DNA of 64,000 bases from a virus. Its lineage: Duplodnaviria > Caudoviricetes. The notes beneath the pieces are model-generated. The model made no database searches and was not told the origin of the DNA. It saw nothing but the letters and a program-made list of their open reading frames with translations. Positions within the stretch are counted from its first letter, which is position 1. Each line of letters starts with the position of its first letter. The stretch is from IMG/VR virus record IMGVR_UViG_2806310948_000001, positions 1 through 64,000 of that record. One strand, given 5' to 3'. The translations under genes and the position numbers were made by a program. Below are positions 37,038-48,300 of this stretch, one piece after another.

Positions 37038-38252
37038 TTGGCGACAAAACTTGAAGATCTGCATATAAAGAAAGTTGATTTTGTGGACCAGGGAGCTAAC
37101 CAGATGGCAAATATTAAGATAAAGAAAAGCAAGGACGGGGAAGAAATTCCGAATCCGGAGATAGGTCTTTTCAAACGATTTGTGAACTGGATTACGGGTG
37201 AATTGAGTAAGCCAGGCTCAGAAATTACGAAATCAGCAACAACATTCAATGAACAGATCAATGCTGTCAGCATGGATGCGATCAGAGATGAAATCTGGTC
37301 CACTTGCTATGCACTGCAGAACTCATTGAATTCTATCTTGTGTGATGCAGAGATGGACAGCTCTGCGAAACAGGCTGCAATGGAAACAAGCACAGAACAG
37401 TTTGCAGAAGCTATGAAAGGGTATATCCCGAACTGGGCTTCTGGCACAGCGACGAATATCAGAAAGAATCTGACTACACCAGATGAAACAGATCTTCAGA
37501 TGGTTATGAAAGCACATAAGAATCTGACAGATATTATTGAAAAATCAAACGAAGATAATGAGAAAGGGGAATTGGAAGACATGCTTAAAATCAACAAGTC
37601 TAAAATGACCGCAGAAGAAAGGGCTGCTTATGAAGAGCTGATCAAGAAATATGCAGTAGAAACAGAAGAACAGACAGAAGAACCGGTTGGAAAGAGCGCA
37701 CCTAAAGTGGAGGATCCGGATATTGTAGATGATTCCGAAGTTACGAAAACTCAGAAGTCAGTAACACCGCCGCCAGCAGCACCTACAACAGAGACAAGTG
37801 CAGACACCGGAGATGATATCTACAAAGGATTACATCCTGCTGTAAGAGCAAGATTAGAGGCTCTGGAAAAGAGAGCGGCAGAAGCAGAAGAAAGAGAGCT
37901 TCTTGATGTCGCAAAGAAATATGAGATTGTCGGAGAAAAGCCGGAAGAATTAGTGAAAACTCTGAAGTCTTTAAAGGATGCAGGCGGAACCGCATACAAT
38001 GATATGATTAGCGTTCTGGACAGAAGCGTTGCTATGGTTGAGCAGTCTGGCGTATTTAGCGAAATTGGGAAGTCCTTCTCAGGCAATCCTGTAGCATCTA
38101 TTAAGAAGTCTGCAGCAGAAAGTAAGATCGATACTATTGCAAAGGGATATATGGAAAAAGACTCTGCTCTGACATATAATGCAGCTCTTGCAAAAGCGTG
38201 GGAGGATCATCCAGAACTCTTGGATGAATATGAAGCAGAAGCGGGTTATTGA
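37038..38252 (+). CDS. Head scaffold-like protein
   Basis: KVDFVDQGAN N-terminus, coiled/low-complexity body, position before capsid genes. Confidence 0.6.
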   Translation: MATKLEDLHIKKVDFVDQGANQMANIKIKKSKDGEEIPNPEIGLFKRFVNWITGELSKPGSEITKSATTFNEQINAVSMDAIRDEIWSTCYALQNSLNSILCDAEMDSSAKQAAMETSTEQFAEAMKGYIPNWASGTATNIRKNLTTPDETDLQMVMKAHKNLTDIIEKSNEDNEKGELEDMLKINKSKMTAEERAAYEELIKKYAVETEEQTEEPVGKSAPKVEDPDIVDDSEVTKTQKSVTPPPAAPTTETSADTGDDIYKGLHPAVRARLEALEKRAAEAEERELLDVAKKYEIVGEKPEELVKTLKSLKDAGGTAYNDMISVLDRSVAMVEQSGVFSEIGKSFSGNPVASIKKSAAESKIDTIAKGYMEKDSALTYNAALAKAWEDHPELLDEYEAEAGY

Positions 38253-38269
38253 GAAAGGAGTGAAGAAAG

Positions 38270-38698
38270 ATGGGTACAAACTTTAACGGAACAATGATCA
38301 ACCAGTCTGTGACTATCGCAGAAAAGGCAGGAGCTGATATTGCAGATGTCCGCAATCTTATTCTGAAATATGATGAAGATGGAAATGTAGTGATCGCCGC
38401 AAACGGAACAGCACCCCTGCTCGGCTTATCTATTATCGAAGGTGGCTACAACGATATTTCTGGTGCTGAATCAGGAAAAGTAAAGAAAGGTGATGATCTT
38501 GAAATCCAGATCAAGGACATTGGCTATGCAATTGCGTCTGCGGAAATCAAAAAAGGACAGGAAGTCACAGCCGCCACAGGTGGAAAGGCAGCAGTAGCTA
38601 AAGCGGGAGAGTACGTGATTGGTGTTGCCCTCAATTCTGTGTCTGCCGGAGGATACAGCAGAATCCAGATTGCAAAATATCAGAAAGCAAAAGCGTAA
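38270..38698 (+). CDS. Capsid decoration/cement protein (DUF2190-like)
   Basis: Gly/Ala-rich 142 aa, G.AL..A..G motif, precedes the major capsid gene. Confidence 0.65.
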   Translation: MGTNFNGTMINQSVTIAEKAGADIADVRNLILKYDEDGNVVIAANGTAPLLGLSIIEGGYNDISGAESGKVKKGDDLEIQIKDIGYAIASAEIKKGQEVTAATGGKAAVAKAGEYVIGVALNSVSAGGYSRIQIAKYQKAKA

Positions 38699-38713
38699 AG
38701 GAGGAATGTAAAC

Positions 38714-39739
38714 ATGAGAAATACAACAGCGGGAATTAAGGCTGAAATCGCAAAAGGCGTGTTCAGACCTCACACAGCACTTACTAACATGGCACTGGCT
38801 TATTACCAGAATGCCAGCAATTATTTCGCAAAAGCTCTTTTTCCAACCTGCCCGGTAGGTCTTTCTTCTGACAATTACTACATTTTCAGCAGAGAAGATC
38901 TCCTGAGAGATAACTGGCAGAGAAAACCGGCATATGGCAAAGTTGACCCGACAACAATTGGCGAAAGCACTGACAACTATGTCTGCAAAGTAGATCAGAT
39001 GATTATGGGTATCGACCAGATTCGCCAGACCGACCTTTCCAGACGTCAGGGCCCATCTATCATTCAGCCTAAGCAGCAGCGCACTAGAACAATTGCAGAA
39101 CAGGCAAACATCCATCAGGACCGTTTATTTGCCGCAAGCTATTTCAAAGAAGGAGCATGGAAGAACGAACTTGAGGGTGTTGATAACACCACTCCAAGCA
39201 CGAACCAGTTCATTAAGTTCAGCAATGCAAATTCCGACCCTATTGCATTTATCGATAAAGAGAAGACTGACATGAACCAGCAGACAGGCCGTATGCCAAA
39301 TCGCCTTGGCCTCGGTATCAATGTATTTAATGCCTTGAAGGTGCACCCAGGCATTCTCGAAAGGGTTAAGTACGGTGGAAGCACTGCAAATCCGGCATCT
39401 GTAACAGAGAATGTGCTTGCACAGCTGTTTGGCGTTGAAAAGATTGTGGTGCTTAAATCTATTATGAACAGTGCAAGCATGGGCGCAGATGAAGATATGC
39501 AGTATATCGGAGATCCGAACGCATTTCTACTGGCTTATGCAACTAACACACCGAGTATCGATGAACCGTCTGCAGGTTATATCTTCACATGGGATATGCT
39601 CGGCAATGGACAGATGCTTCCGATCCTGAACTATCTTGGAGAGAATGGCACACATACTGAGTACATTGAAGGCCTTATGGCGACAGATATGAAGAAGACA
39701 TCTGACGATCTTGCAAGATTTTATAAAGCTGCAGTTTAA
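38714..39739 (+). CDS. Major capsid protein
   Basis: 341 aa, position, LTNMALAY...LFPTCPV, RMPNRLGLG. Confidence 0.8.
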   Translation: MRNTTAGIKAEIAKGVFRPHTALTNMALAYYQNASNYFAKALFPTCPVGLSSDNYYIFSREDLLRDNWQRKPAYGKVDPTTIGESTDNYVCKVDQMIMGIDQIRQTDLSRRQGPSIIQPKQQRTRTIAEQANIHQDRLFAASYFKEGAWKNELEGVDNTTPSTNQFIKFSNANSDPIAFIDKEKTDMNQQTGRMPNRLGLGINVFNALKVHPGILERVKYGGSTANPASVTENVLAQLFGVEKIVVLKSIMNSASMGADEDMQYIGDPNAFLLAYATNTPSIDEPSAGYIFTWDMLGNGQMLPILNYLGENGTHTEYIEGLMATDMKKTSDDLARFYKAAV

Positions 39740-39749
39740 GGAGGAACCT

Positions 39750-40184
39750 ATGAAACTTGTTGCAAACAAGCCATGCAATCTGAATGGAAAGAAGTATTTC
39801 ATCGGTGAAGAAGTCCCGGTTGAAGAAGTGGTTGATTACGCCAGTTTGGTAAAGATGGGACTGTTATCAGTGATTCATGACGCTGTTCCGGCGGATAATC
39901 TTGAAGAATGTGTTGCTATGGTGGGAGAGGTAAGCTTTACCGTTCCAATTGTCAAAGGTCACGAGACGATTGATTTGGACGTTACAGAGCCTCAGATGCA
40001 GGATGCAGTAAAAACTATGCAGATGAATGCAGATGCTGCTATAGCTCATATTAGAGGGGATGTAGAGGATAATATAACCCTTATTGTAATTAACGCACTT
40101 GATTCAAGAAAAACTGTAAAAGAAGCAGCTGAATCAAAGGCAAAAGCTCTTATTGAGCAGGAAGAAAGTACAGGTGATGCCTGA
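39750..40184 (+). CDS. Head-tail joining region protein
   Basis: Position after the capsid gene; C-terminal RKTV..A motif. Confidence 0.55.
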   Translation: MKLVANKPCNLNGKKYFIGEEVPVEEVVDYASLVKMGLLSVIHDAVPADNLEECVAMVGEVSFTVPIVKGHETIDLDVTEPQMQDAVKTMQMNADAAIAHIRGDVEDNITLIVINALDSRKTVKEAAESKAKALIEQEESTGDA

Positions 40185-40618
40185 TGGCAGGAACTTATAC
40201 ATATGAACCTGCCATGATCACATCGTATGGAAAAGACCGAATGAGGTTTGAACTTGGAGATGTGATGGTAGATGGAAGAGAGAGAACTTGTGCATTGTCA
40301 GACGAGGAATACATTGTTTTATGCGATGATGTTCAGTCTGCGAAAGATTGGAAACGGGCAAAATTAAAGTGCCTTGAAAGCATATTTCGCAGATTTTCTT
40401 TTGAACCTGATACAACGGTTGGCCCTACATCATTCAAATTTGGTGATAGGGCTAAATTGTGGCAGGAAGAGTATGAGGCGTTAAGGAAAGAGCTTCGTCT
40501 TGCTTCAGTATCTCCTTCGGCGATTCTGATGAATGCGGGAGATATGAGCAAACAGCCACCACCGTATTTTTATAACGGAATGATGAGCCATGAAGAGAGC
40601 GAGGGTGATGATATATGA
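40184..40618 (+). CDS. Head-tail adaptor
   Basis: DRMRFELGD...LSDEEY pattern and position. Confidence 0.6.
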   Translation: MAGTYTYEPAMITSYGKDRMRFELGDVMVDGRERTCALSDEEYIVLCDDVQSAKDWKRAKLKCLESIFRRFSFEPDTTVGPTSFKFGDRAKLWQEEYEALRKELRLASVSPSAILMNAGDMSKQPPPYFYNGMMSHEESEGDDI

Positions 40619-40977
40619 TAAGCCCATTTGGCCTGATGTATCTAAGGCCAGGAAGCTTATGGACGGATTTTGTGGTAAGACGAAAGAGCATTCGCAACAT
40701 ACTCGGACATCCTGTGTCAGATTTTGAAGCGAAAGGCGAGATATCAGGAATACTTGCTGAAGCATCTACACATGAATCTGAAAGGATGAAACACAGGTGG
40801 GATCAGGAACAACATTCTTTAACCCACACTCTTGTTATCCGGGATTCTGCAGATGTAAAGCAGGGAGACTATTTGACTACTGCGGGCAGAACCTTTCTCG
40901 TTCTTTTATCTGAGGATCCCGGAAACCTTGGAGCAACTGGCTTAATATATCTCGAAGAAAGGAATGATCTGAAATGA
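40615..40977 (+). CDS. Head closure/stopper protein
   Basis: Position and size. Confidence 0.55.
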   Translation: MISPFGLMYLRPGSLWTDFVVRRKSIRNILGHPVSDFEAKGEISGILAEASTHESERMKHRWDQEQHSLTHTLVIRDSADVKQGDYLTTAGRTFLVLLSEDPGNLGATGLIYLEERNDLK

Positions 40978-41333
40978 CGCCTGCCGAAGCAGCAGAAGCA
41001 GTAAAAGTTCAAGTTCAAACAGACAAGGAACGGATAGAGCAGCAGGTGATCGCAAGATATCCAAGGGCTTCAAATGCCCTTAGAAATGCTGCATTATCTG
41101 TACTGGCAAATCCAAGCCCGTCAGCTCCGGGCAGTCCACCGGGTGTTCGGAGCGGCAATTTAAGACGAAACTGGAATATGAGTGGCGGTGCGGTATGCAT
41201 TACGTCAGGCATGGGATACGCTGGTTATCTGGAACATGGTACCAGCAAGATGGCAGCTCGTCCTTTTGTAGACAAGATACAGCAGACTGCATTGCCGAAT
41301 ATCATGGCTATATTTGCAGAGATAGGAGGCTGA
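40974..41333 (+). CDS. HK97 gp10-like neck protein
   Basis: SGNLRRNW...YAGYLEHGTSKMAARPF. Confidence 0.8.
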   Translation: MTPAEAAEAVKVQVQTDKERIEQQVIARYPRASNALRNAALSVLANPSPSAPGSPPGVRSGNLRRNWNMSGGAVCITSGMGYAGYLEHGTSKMAARPFVDKIQQTALPNIMAIFAEIGG

Positions 41334-41334
41334 C

Positions 41335-41619
41335 ATGCTGATTAATCATATTGAACGAATAGAATTCGATATGGACGAAGTACGCAGAGGAACACTCATA
41401 TATGCAAAGCACAGAACATGGAAAGAAGGAATGCCTGGCATTGTTTATCATGTTTCTGAGGAACGGATAACAGTCATGTTCCCGAATGAGAAGACAAACA
41501 CCCAAAATCATTTCTTCATACCTGTTTCAGAAGTTTATAAAAATGAGTGGGAAATAAGATATTCAAGCGATGGCCTTCGTACAGTTCAGGAATACAGGGA
41601 GGCTGCGAATGAATCTTAG
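41335..41619 (+). CDS. Hypothetical phage protein
   Basis: Operon context. Confidence 0.6.
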   Translation: MLINHIERIEFDMDEVRRGTLIYAKHRTWKEGMPGIVYHVSEERITVMFPNEKTNTQNHFFIPVSEVYKNEWEIRYSSDGLRTVQEYREAANES

Positions 41620-42478
41620 TGAACTGATTTTTAAACGTCTTTCTGCAGACGAAAATTTGCAGACAATGCTTGCTACATATGCCGGAGCACCTGCAATTTT
41701 TGATTCTGAGTTTCCGGCAGACCAGCAGGAAGGATGGGAAGGAGCCACGCAGTATCCGAGGATATGCTACCGTATTGATATGCAGGTCAATCAGGAACGA
41801 TCATCGGCGGGAACCTTGTATGTTGCAATGTATACGGATAAAACCAGCACAATAATCGAAGATATTGAAACAGCTGTGAAGCACTGCCTTCAGGACGTAC
41901 TGATGAAGCCGGCAGGAGAAGCACCGTTTTGCGTGGCATGGGCGCGTACAGAATCATATGCGATTGAGGGAAAAGAGGTGTGGTGCAAAGAAATGGCATT
42001 TGACATCCTCGAATACTCAGAGCAATTCAGCACGGATCCTGATCCGGTTCTTGCGGTAGCTGCGTATATCAAAAAGATATTTCCAGAAACAATTGTGCTT
42101 GGCATAGACAATGTTGGAGATTTTGTCGAAACCTCTAAAACGCCAGTGTTCTATTGTAGGTTGGCACATTTAGCGCATACAACAGGGCATTGCATGAATA
42201 CGATTTCATGGTTTATAGGGAAAATCGCAGTACATCTGATTTATCCGGGAGCTGGCACAAGGTTAAAGACACTTGCATCTATCAATCAGAAGGTAGCCAT
42301 AGATGAGGAGATAATCATGCTGGATGACTCCCCTATGACTATTCAGGGATTAGAACTGAATAATAAGTCAGATTACCTCAGAGAGGGACAGCTGACTATA
42401 ACTGGTAAATATGGATGTCTCAGATGCAGTGTGAAAAAACATAATATTGCAAGAATAGGCATGGAATTCACAAATTGA
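41609..42478 (+). CDS. Tail terminator-like protein
   Basis: Position before the sheath gene. Confidence 0.5.
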   Translation: MNLSELIFKRLSADENLQTMLATYAGAPAIFDSEFPADQQEGWEGATQYPRICYRIDMQVNQERSSAGTLYVAMYTDKTSTIIEDIETAVKHCLQDVLMKPAGEAPFCVAWARTESYAIEGKEVWCKEMAFDILEYSEQFSTDPDPVLAVAAYIKKIFPETIVLGIDNVGDFVETSKTPVFYCRLAHLAHTTGHCMNTISWFIGKIAVHLIYPGAGTRLKTLASINQKVAIDEEIIMLDDSPMTIQGLELNNKSDYLREGQLTITGKYGCLRCSVKKHNIARIGMEFTN

Positions 42479-42489
42479 AAGGAGAAGCA

Positions 42490-42714
42490 ATGGCAGAAAC
42501 AAAGAAAACAAATGCTCCGGAAGAAACAAAAGAAGTTCTTCCGGCAGAGAAAGAAACGGAATATGGGGTAGATGAGCTGATTGCCGCACGCGATCAGCTT
42601 TTTTCTTGCCCTGATTGCGCGATGGTGGCACTGAAACTGTCAAAAAAGAAAAGCATGACTGTTTCAGAAGCCGAGAAGCTTGTCGAAGAATTTATGAAGA
42701 AGGAGGTCAAATAA
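42490..42714 (+). CDS. Small tail-associated protein
   Basis: Position, coupled to the sheath start. Confidence 0.55.
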   Translation: MAETKKTNAPEETKEVLPAEKETEYGVDELIAARDQLFSCPDCAMVALKLSKKKSMTVSEAEKLVEEFMKKEVK

Positions 42715-44123
42715 TGGCGGAATATTTCCAGATTCCTGAAGTAGGTACAAAAGTTCGACCAGGAAGTTATTTCAACGTAGATAAGAATGGTGACGATGAT
42801 TCTTTCGGGGCAATTGACGGAGTTGTTGTAGCTGTGTTTAAAGCAACGTTTGGACCAGTAGATAAAGTAACAGTCTTAGAGAGAGGAGACGATTACACAA
42901 CAATCTACGGAGATGGATTAACGACTGACCTGATTCGTGAAGTTCTGTATGGTGGTGCAAAGAAAGTTATTTGCTGTCGCCTTAATGGAACGGGCGGAGC
43001 TGTGGCGAGCGTAAGTCTTACAGCTGCAACTGGAAAAGTTAAGATCACAGCAAAACATCCAGGAGAGATGCCATTTTCTGTAACTATTAGAAACCGCTTA
43101 ACTGACAAAGACAGGAAAGAATGCATTATCTATACAGGAACTACTGAATTTGAAAAAGTATATTTTTCAGCAGGCGATAATGAAGCTGCAAGTCTTGTAA
43201 GTGCTTTTGCAAATTCAAAGAATTTCACGGCTAATCTTGAAGAATCTGCAAAAGGAATCATGACTAATGTGAATCAGACAGCGTTTACGGGAGGAAAGAA
43301 TCCTACAGTAGCAACTGCCAATTATTCAGCTGCTTTTTCACAGGCAGAAAAATATTTCTTCAATACAATTTGTGTTGATACAGAAGATACAGCAGTACAT
43401 GCGCTGTTACAGGCATTTCTGGACAGAATTTATGAAACCAGTCAGTTTGGGATTGGAGTTGTTGCAGAGAAAGATAACAAAGATTTAGACGAAAGAATGA
43501 ATGCGGCAGCAGGATTTGATGGTGAGAATATAGTTTATGTTCTCAATCCAAAAGTCTTTATCAATGAGGGAACTCTGGATGGATATCAGACTGCCGGCTT
43601 GATTGCTGGACTTATTGCAGCAACTCCTGCAAATCAGGCAGTGACTCATATGGTGATTACTCGATATGTAGATCTTGCAGAACCGCTTACAAATACTCAG
43701 ATTATAAAAGCGGAACTGAAGGGATGCTTGGTCCTTAGTAAGTCTACAGAAGATGAGGTATGGATTGATGCTGGAATCAATACACTGATCAATCTTCCAG
43801 ATAACAAAGATAAAGGTTGGAAGAAAATCCGCCGTGTAAGAACAAGATATGAGTTATTGTACAGAGCAAATGCCCAGTCCGACGCTTTAGTTGGAAAAGT
43901 CGATCCTGATAAAAATGGAAAAGCCACTATTATTGGAAAAATTCAGGGAATTATCAATGCCATGATCAAAGAAAAAAAATTAACAGCAGGAACAGTAACT
44001 GAGAGCACGACTTATATTGCAGACGCAGATAACTGTTATTTTGACCTTGATATCATTGATAAGGATTCTGCGGAACATATTTACTCATTCTATAAGTTTA
44101 GATTCAGTACCAATGCAGAGTAA
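42714..44123 (+). CDS. Tail sheath protein (XkdK-like)
   Basis: RPGSYFN, FGPV, GINTL, WKKIRRVR. Confidence 0.9.
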   Translation: MAEYFQIPEVGTKVRPGSYFNVDKNGDDDSFGAIDGVVVAVFKATFGPVDKVTVLERGDDYTTIYGDGLTTDLIREVLYGGAKKVICCRLNGTGGAVASVSLTAATGKVKITAKHPGEMPFSVTIRNRLTDKDRKECIIYTGTTEFEKVYFSAGDNEAASLVSAFANSKNFTANLEESAKGIMTNVNQTAFTGGKNPTVATANYSAAFSQAEKYFFNTICVDTEDTAVHALLQAFLDRIYETSQFGIGVVAEKDNKDLDERMNAAAGFDGENIVYVLNPKVFINEGTLDGYQTAGLIAGLIAATPANQAVTHMVITRYVDLAEPLTNTQIIKAELKGCLVLSKSTEDEVWIDAGINTLINLPDNKDKGWKKIRRVRTRYELLYRANAQSDALVGKVDPDKNGKATIIGKIQGIINAMIKEKKLTAGTVTESTTYIADADNCYFDLDIIDKDSAEHIYSFYKFRFSTNAE

Positions 44124-44137
44124 AGGAGGAAAGGTGA

Positions 44138-44593
44138 ATGTTAAATACAAGTGCTGCAACAGACGCGAGACATAGTCGTTCAGGTAAAGATGCCATGCTT
44201 TACAATGCAGATGGGGTTCCGTTTGCGCAGGTAAGCAGTTTTCAGTCGAAAACATCTTTTAATAATACCAAATATCAGCCATTAGGACAGAACAGAGAAC
44301 TGGAAACAAACAATACTATTGGAGTCACGATTACAATTTCGGAGATCGTTGTTCTGGATGGCGAATTATTCAACAATGTTGTTAGTGCGGTAAATAAAGG
44401 AGAAAGCCCGGTTATGACTTTAGATGGAGTTATTGAAGGGCGTAATGGCTCCCAGGAACGCATTACATATCGTGAATGTATCTTTAGCGGCGACCAGGAT
44501 CTGCAGAATGTAAGTACAGGAGATACATTATCAAGATCTTATAATCTGCACTGCAACGGGGAAGTAGAACCCCGTTCATCACTGACAATTTGA
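44138..44593 (+). CDS. Tail tube protein (XkdM-like)
   Basis: Follows the sheath gene; 151 aa; ERITYREC. Confidence 0.85.
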   Translation: MLNTSAATDARHSRSGKDAMLYNADGVPFAQVSSFQSKTSFNNTKYQPLGQNRELETNNTIGVTITISEIVVLDGELFNNVVSAVNKGESPVMTLDGVIEGRNGSQERITYRECIFSGDQDLQNVSTGDTLSRSYNLHCNGEVEPRSSLTI

Positions 44594-44607
44594 TATCTGG
44601 TCAACAC

Positions 44608-44638
44608 AAGGGTGGCTAAAACTGGCCACCCTTATTTT
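44608..44638 (+). terminator. Intrinsic terminator after the tube gene
   Basis: AAGGGTGGC-N8-GCCACCCTT-ATTTTT. Confidence 0.75.
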
Positions 44639-44660
44639 TATAAACGGAGGAAAATAATAC

Positions 44661-45215
44661 ATGGCAAGAACTGCAAATATCGAAAATGAAGAACCAAGAA
44701 CAACTGAAATTGATATGACAGAAGCTGAGGCAGATGAAGTATTAAAAGCTGATATGGCGGCAAATGAGGCGGGTTATCTGGCGGGTCTTTTGGATGCGGC
44801 AGAAAATGCGGAAGAAGAGACAAAGAAAATTGAGATTGTCCGTAATGGGAAGCTTTATTTTGTCTTCTCTATTCACGCATTAGCAGATGAAACCCTGTAT
44901 GAAATTCGTAAGAAATATACTAAGTATGCGAAAAATAAGAGAACTGGCACAAAGGTAGCTGAAGGAGTAGACAACGCGAAACTCCGTAGTTCTATGATTT
45001 ACAATGCGACAATCGCAGAAGATCAGGAAAAACTGTGGAACAACAAACAGGTTCAGGAAGCATTAAGACGGAGAGGAAAACACATTATTAATGCCCTGGA
45101 TGTTATTGATGCAGTACTGCTTCCGGGAGAAAAAGAGAACGTATTAGCTGTTCTGGACGAGCTTTCAGGCTACGATACAGAAGAAACAAAGGTTGAAACA
45201 GCAAAAAACTTATAA
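44661..45215 (+). CDS. Tail assembly chaperone (XkdN-like, gpG analog)
   Basis: Position before the tape measure gene; slippery A AAA AAC at the 3' end. Confidence 0.85.
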   Translation: MARTANIENEEPRTTEIDMTEAEADEVLKADMAANEAGYLAGLLDAAENAEEETKKIEIVRNGKLYFVFSIHALADETLYEIRKKYTKYAKNKRTGTKVAEGVDNAKLRSSMIYNATIAEDQEKLWNNKQVQEALRRRGKHIINALDVIDAVLLPGEKENVLAVLDELSGYDTEETKVETAKNL

Positions 45216-45373
45216 GGTCCGGCTACAAATCAGCCCTGTTGCACTGGATTTTCCAGAGACAGGGCATAAGGCCGGATGAGGTAATGGCCTTGCCCGTAGG
45301 GGTCAGAGCCTTTCTTTTTGCCTCTACAGAGGTATGGATTGAAGAAAATATCAAGAAAAATGAAAAGAGGTGA
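45203..45373 (+). other. Programmed -1 frameshift site and gpT-like extension
   Basis: Heptamer A AAA AAC at 45203-45209; -1 frame open KLIRSGYKSALLHWIFQRQGIRPDEV...NEKR to TGA 45373. Confidence 0.85.
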
Positions 45374-45378
45374 GATGC

Positions 45379-48300
45379 TTGGCAGAAACGATAAGGATAG
45401 AGATTCCTGTTAATGTAGTCGATAATACCGGTTCCGGAACGTCGAGTGTGACCAGGAATCTCACTGCAATGGAAAGAGCGTTCGAGAGAGCGGATAGGGC
45501 GGCACAACGATTCCAGCGTAGATCAGGCGTAGCGGCTGAGATAGAAATAGGAGCAGACGATAGCGCCACCCCGGTTCTTTCAGCTGTTGAAAATGCTACG
45601 GAGCAGATAGACGGAGAGACGGCACAAGTTGAAGTTGCGGCAGATGATTCTGCTACGCAGACGGTCAATGCTGCTTCGGATGCTGTAGAAAATTTTGACG
45701 GTACTTCCGGAGATGCAGAAATAGGAGCAGACGATAGCGCCACCCCGGTAGTATCCGCCGCTTCTGATGCGGTGGAGAATTTTGATGGAATGAGCGGGGA
45801 TGCCGAGATTGGAGCTTCTGATGAAGCTACACCAGTTATCCGGGCCGCACAGGATGCAGCAGAATCATGGGGAGGAAGCGTGTTTAATGCTACCATTGGT
45901 GTCATAGATGCGGCAACCGCTCCTATTTCTGCGCTTGCAAGTGCAGCAAAAAATCCGGTTGTGCAAGGGGCATCGTTGATCGGTGCCAGTTTCGGTGTGG
46001 CAGAATCGGTTAATTCCTTCCAGGACTTCGAAGCTATGATGTCCCAGGTGAAAGCTATTTCTGGTGCAACAGGACAGGCATTCGATAATCTGACCGCAAA
46101 AGCACAGGAGATGGGCGCAACGACCAAGTTTACGGCTACAGAATCAGCTGAGGCGTTTAATTACATGGCTATGGCAGGATGGAAGCCGCAACAGATGATA
46201 GATGGTATATCCGGTATTATGAGCCTTGCAGCAGCATCTGGAGAAGACCTTGGTACGACTTCCGATATTGTGACAGATGCGCTGACAGCTTTCGGATTAC
46301 AGGCGGGTGATGCAGGGCATTTTGCTGATGTTCTTGCTCAGGCGAGCGCCAATGCAAACACAAATGTGTCAATGCTTGGAGAATCGTTTAAATATGTCGC
46401 TCCTGTTGCTGGCGCTATGAATTACAGCGTTGAAGATACATCTCTTGCGCTTGGTTTAATGGCAAATGCAAGTATTAAAGGTAGCATGGCCGGTACCGCA
46501 CTTAAAACATCTTTGGCAAATATGGCGGCACCTACAGACAGCATGGCAGCAGCTATGGATAAATACGGAATCAGTCTTACGGATTCTGAGGGAAATATGA
46601 AATCCCTTCGAGGAGTAATAGATAATCTTCGAGGAAGCTTGGGTGGACTTTCTGAGACTGAGCAGACAGCAGCAGCTTCAACCATTTTCGGAAAAGAGGC
46701 CATGGCCGGCATGTTAGCAATCATCAACGCCAGTGAAGAGGATTACAACAAGCTGAGCACAGCAATTGGCAATTCAAAAGATGCGGCAGAGGGAATGGCT
46801 GATACGATGCTGGACAACCTTAAGGGTTCCTTTACATTAATGCAGAGCGCCATCGAAGGTACGGAGAATGCCTTTGGAAAACGGTTGTCTCCGTATTTAA
46901 GAGGAATTGCAGGTGGAATTACCGATATGATGCCTGAGATAACGAATGGAATCAATGCGGTTATGGATGTGGCAGATGATAAGATTGCAGGCGTAAAACG
47001 CAAGATCACTGACATGACCAGTTCTGATGAGTGGAAGAATGCGGATCTGTTTGGAAAGATAGACATAGCATGGGATTCAATAATCGCAAAGCCGTTCGGA
47101 AATTGGGTTTCTGGAGATGGCGCGCAATTAATCTCCAGTGGGCTTGGCACATTATTTTCAAGCGCAGCGGCTATTCTTCCGGGAGGTGAAAAAGCAGGAC
47201 TAACATCGTGGTTAAGTGCAGGAGTTCTAGCGAAAGGAGCGGTGGCGATCGCACAAAAAGGGAAAAGTGTAGTGGAAACCCTATCCCCTATCGGAGATGC
47301 TATCAGTAATATTACAGAAGCTGCCGGAAGCGCAAACGATGTGATGGATTTCGCAAGTAATCTGGGTTCAATGATTCCTGTGGGAGCAAAAGTTGGACTT
47401 GCGGCAGCGGGAATTACAGCTGCGATTATAGGAATCAAACTTGCAATCGACAAGTATAACCAGACTCAGCTTGAGAATAGTTTGGAGGAACATTTTGGGA
47501 AGATTAAATTATCTGCAGACGAAGTCAAAGATGTGGCGGCAGGAATACTGAATCAGAAGTACCTTACCAATGTCGAACTGGCACTAAATGAAGTACAGAA
47601 TGCCGACAATCTGAGAGCTGAAGCACAGAAAGCTTTAGAGTCAAATGATGTCCTTGAGTTCAAGAGCAGAGTTGGAATCACTTTGACAGCTGATGAACAG
47701 CAGGAATATACGGATAATATTAATACTTTTGTTGAAAGTAAGATATCTGAACTGGAGAGCCGTACATTTGCGGCTCATATTCACGTTCAGACATATCTTG
47801 GAGGGACAGAAGATGGACAGACATTAGCCCAGAACATAAAGGAATGGGCTAGAGCGGACAATTTGGAATTATCCGATTTATCCAACCAGCTGTCACAAAA
47901 AGTCTCAGAAGCCCTGAAAGACGGCATCATTGATGTGAATGAAGAAGAAGCTATTAGTGCATTGCAGGAGAAGATGAATAACATTACTGCCCGCTGGAAA
48001 GAAGCCGAAGCACAAGCGCAGTGGGACTGGATTAACCAGAAATACGGACATATGAGTGCTGCTGACCTGGAAAGCGGTTCGTTCACAGATTTGATGGATG
48101 AAATGCGAAGTCAGCGTGAGACCGCAATGGAAAGTGTTCAGGCGGATGTTACTCAGTGGTATTCAGAATTGAATGCCATGGAAGCTGCCGGAAGAATTAC
48201 TCACGCACAGAATCAGAGTTATCAGGAGCAGACAGGGTGGTATGTAAGAGGACAGCAAGGCTCCGAATTAGCCAAGAGCCTTGAACTTGGAAGTAATACC

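Noticed and set aside
45351-46127. Long minus-strand ORFs opposite structural genes (also 18956-19567, 20396-21034, 38471-39115, 46743-47453 and similar)
   Set aside because: Antisense shadows of well-supported plus-strand genes, with no RBS or motifs.
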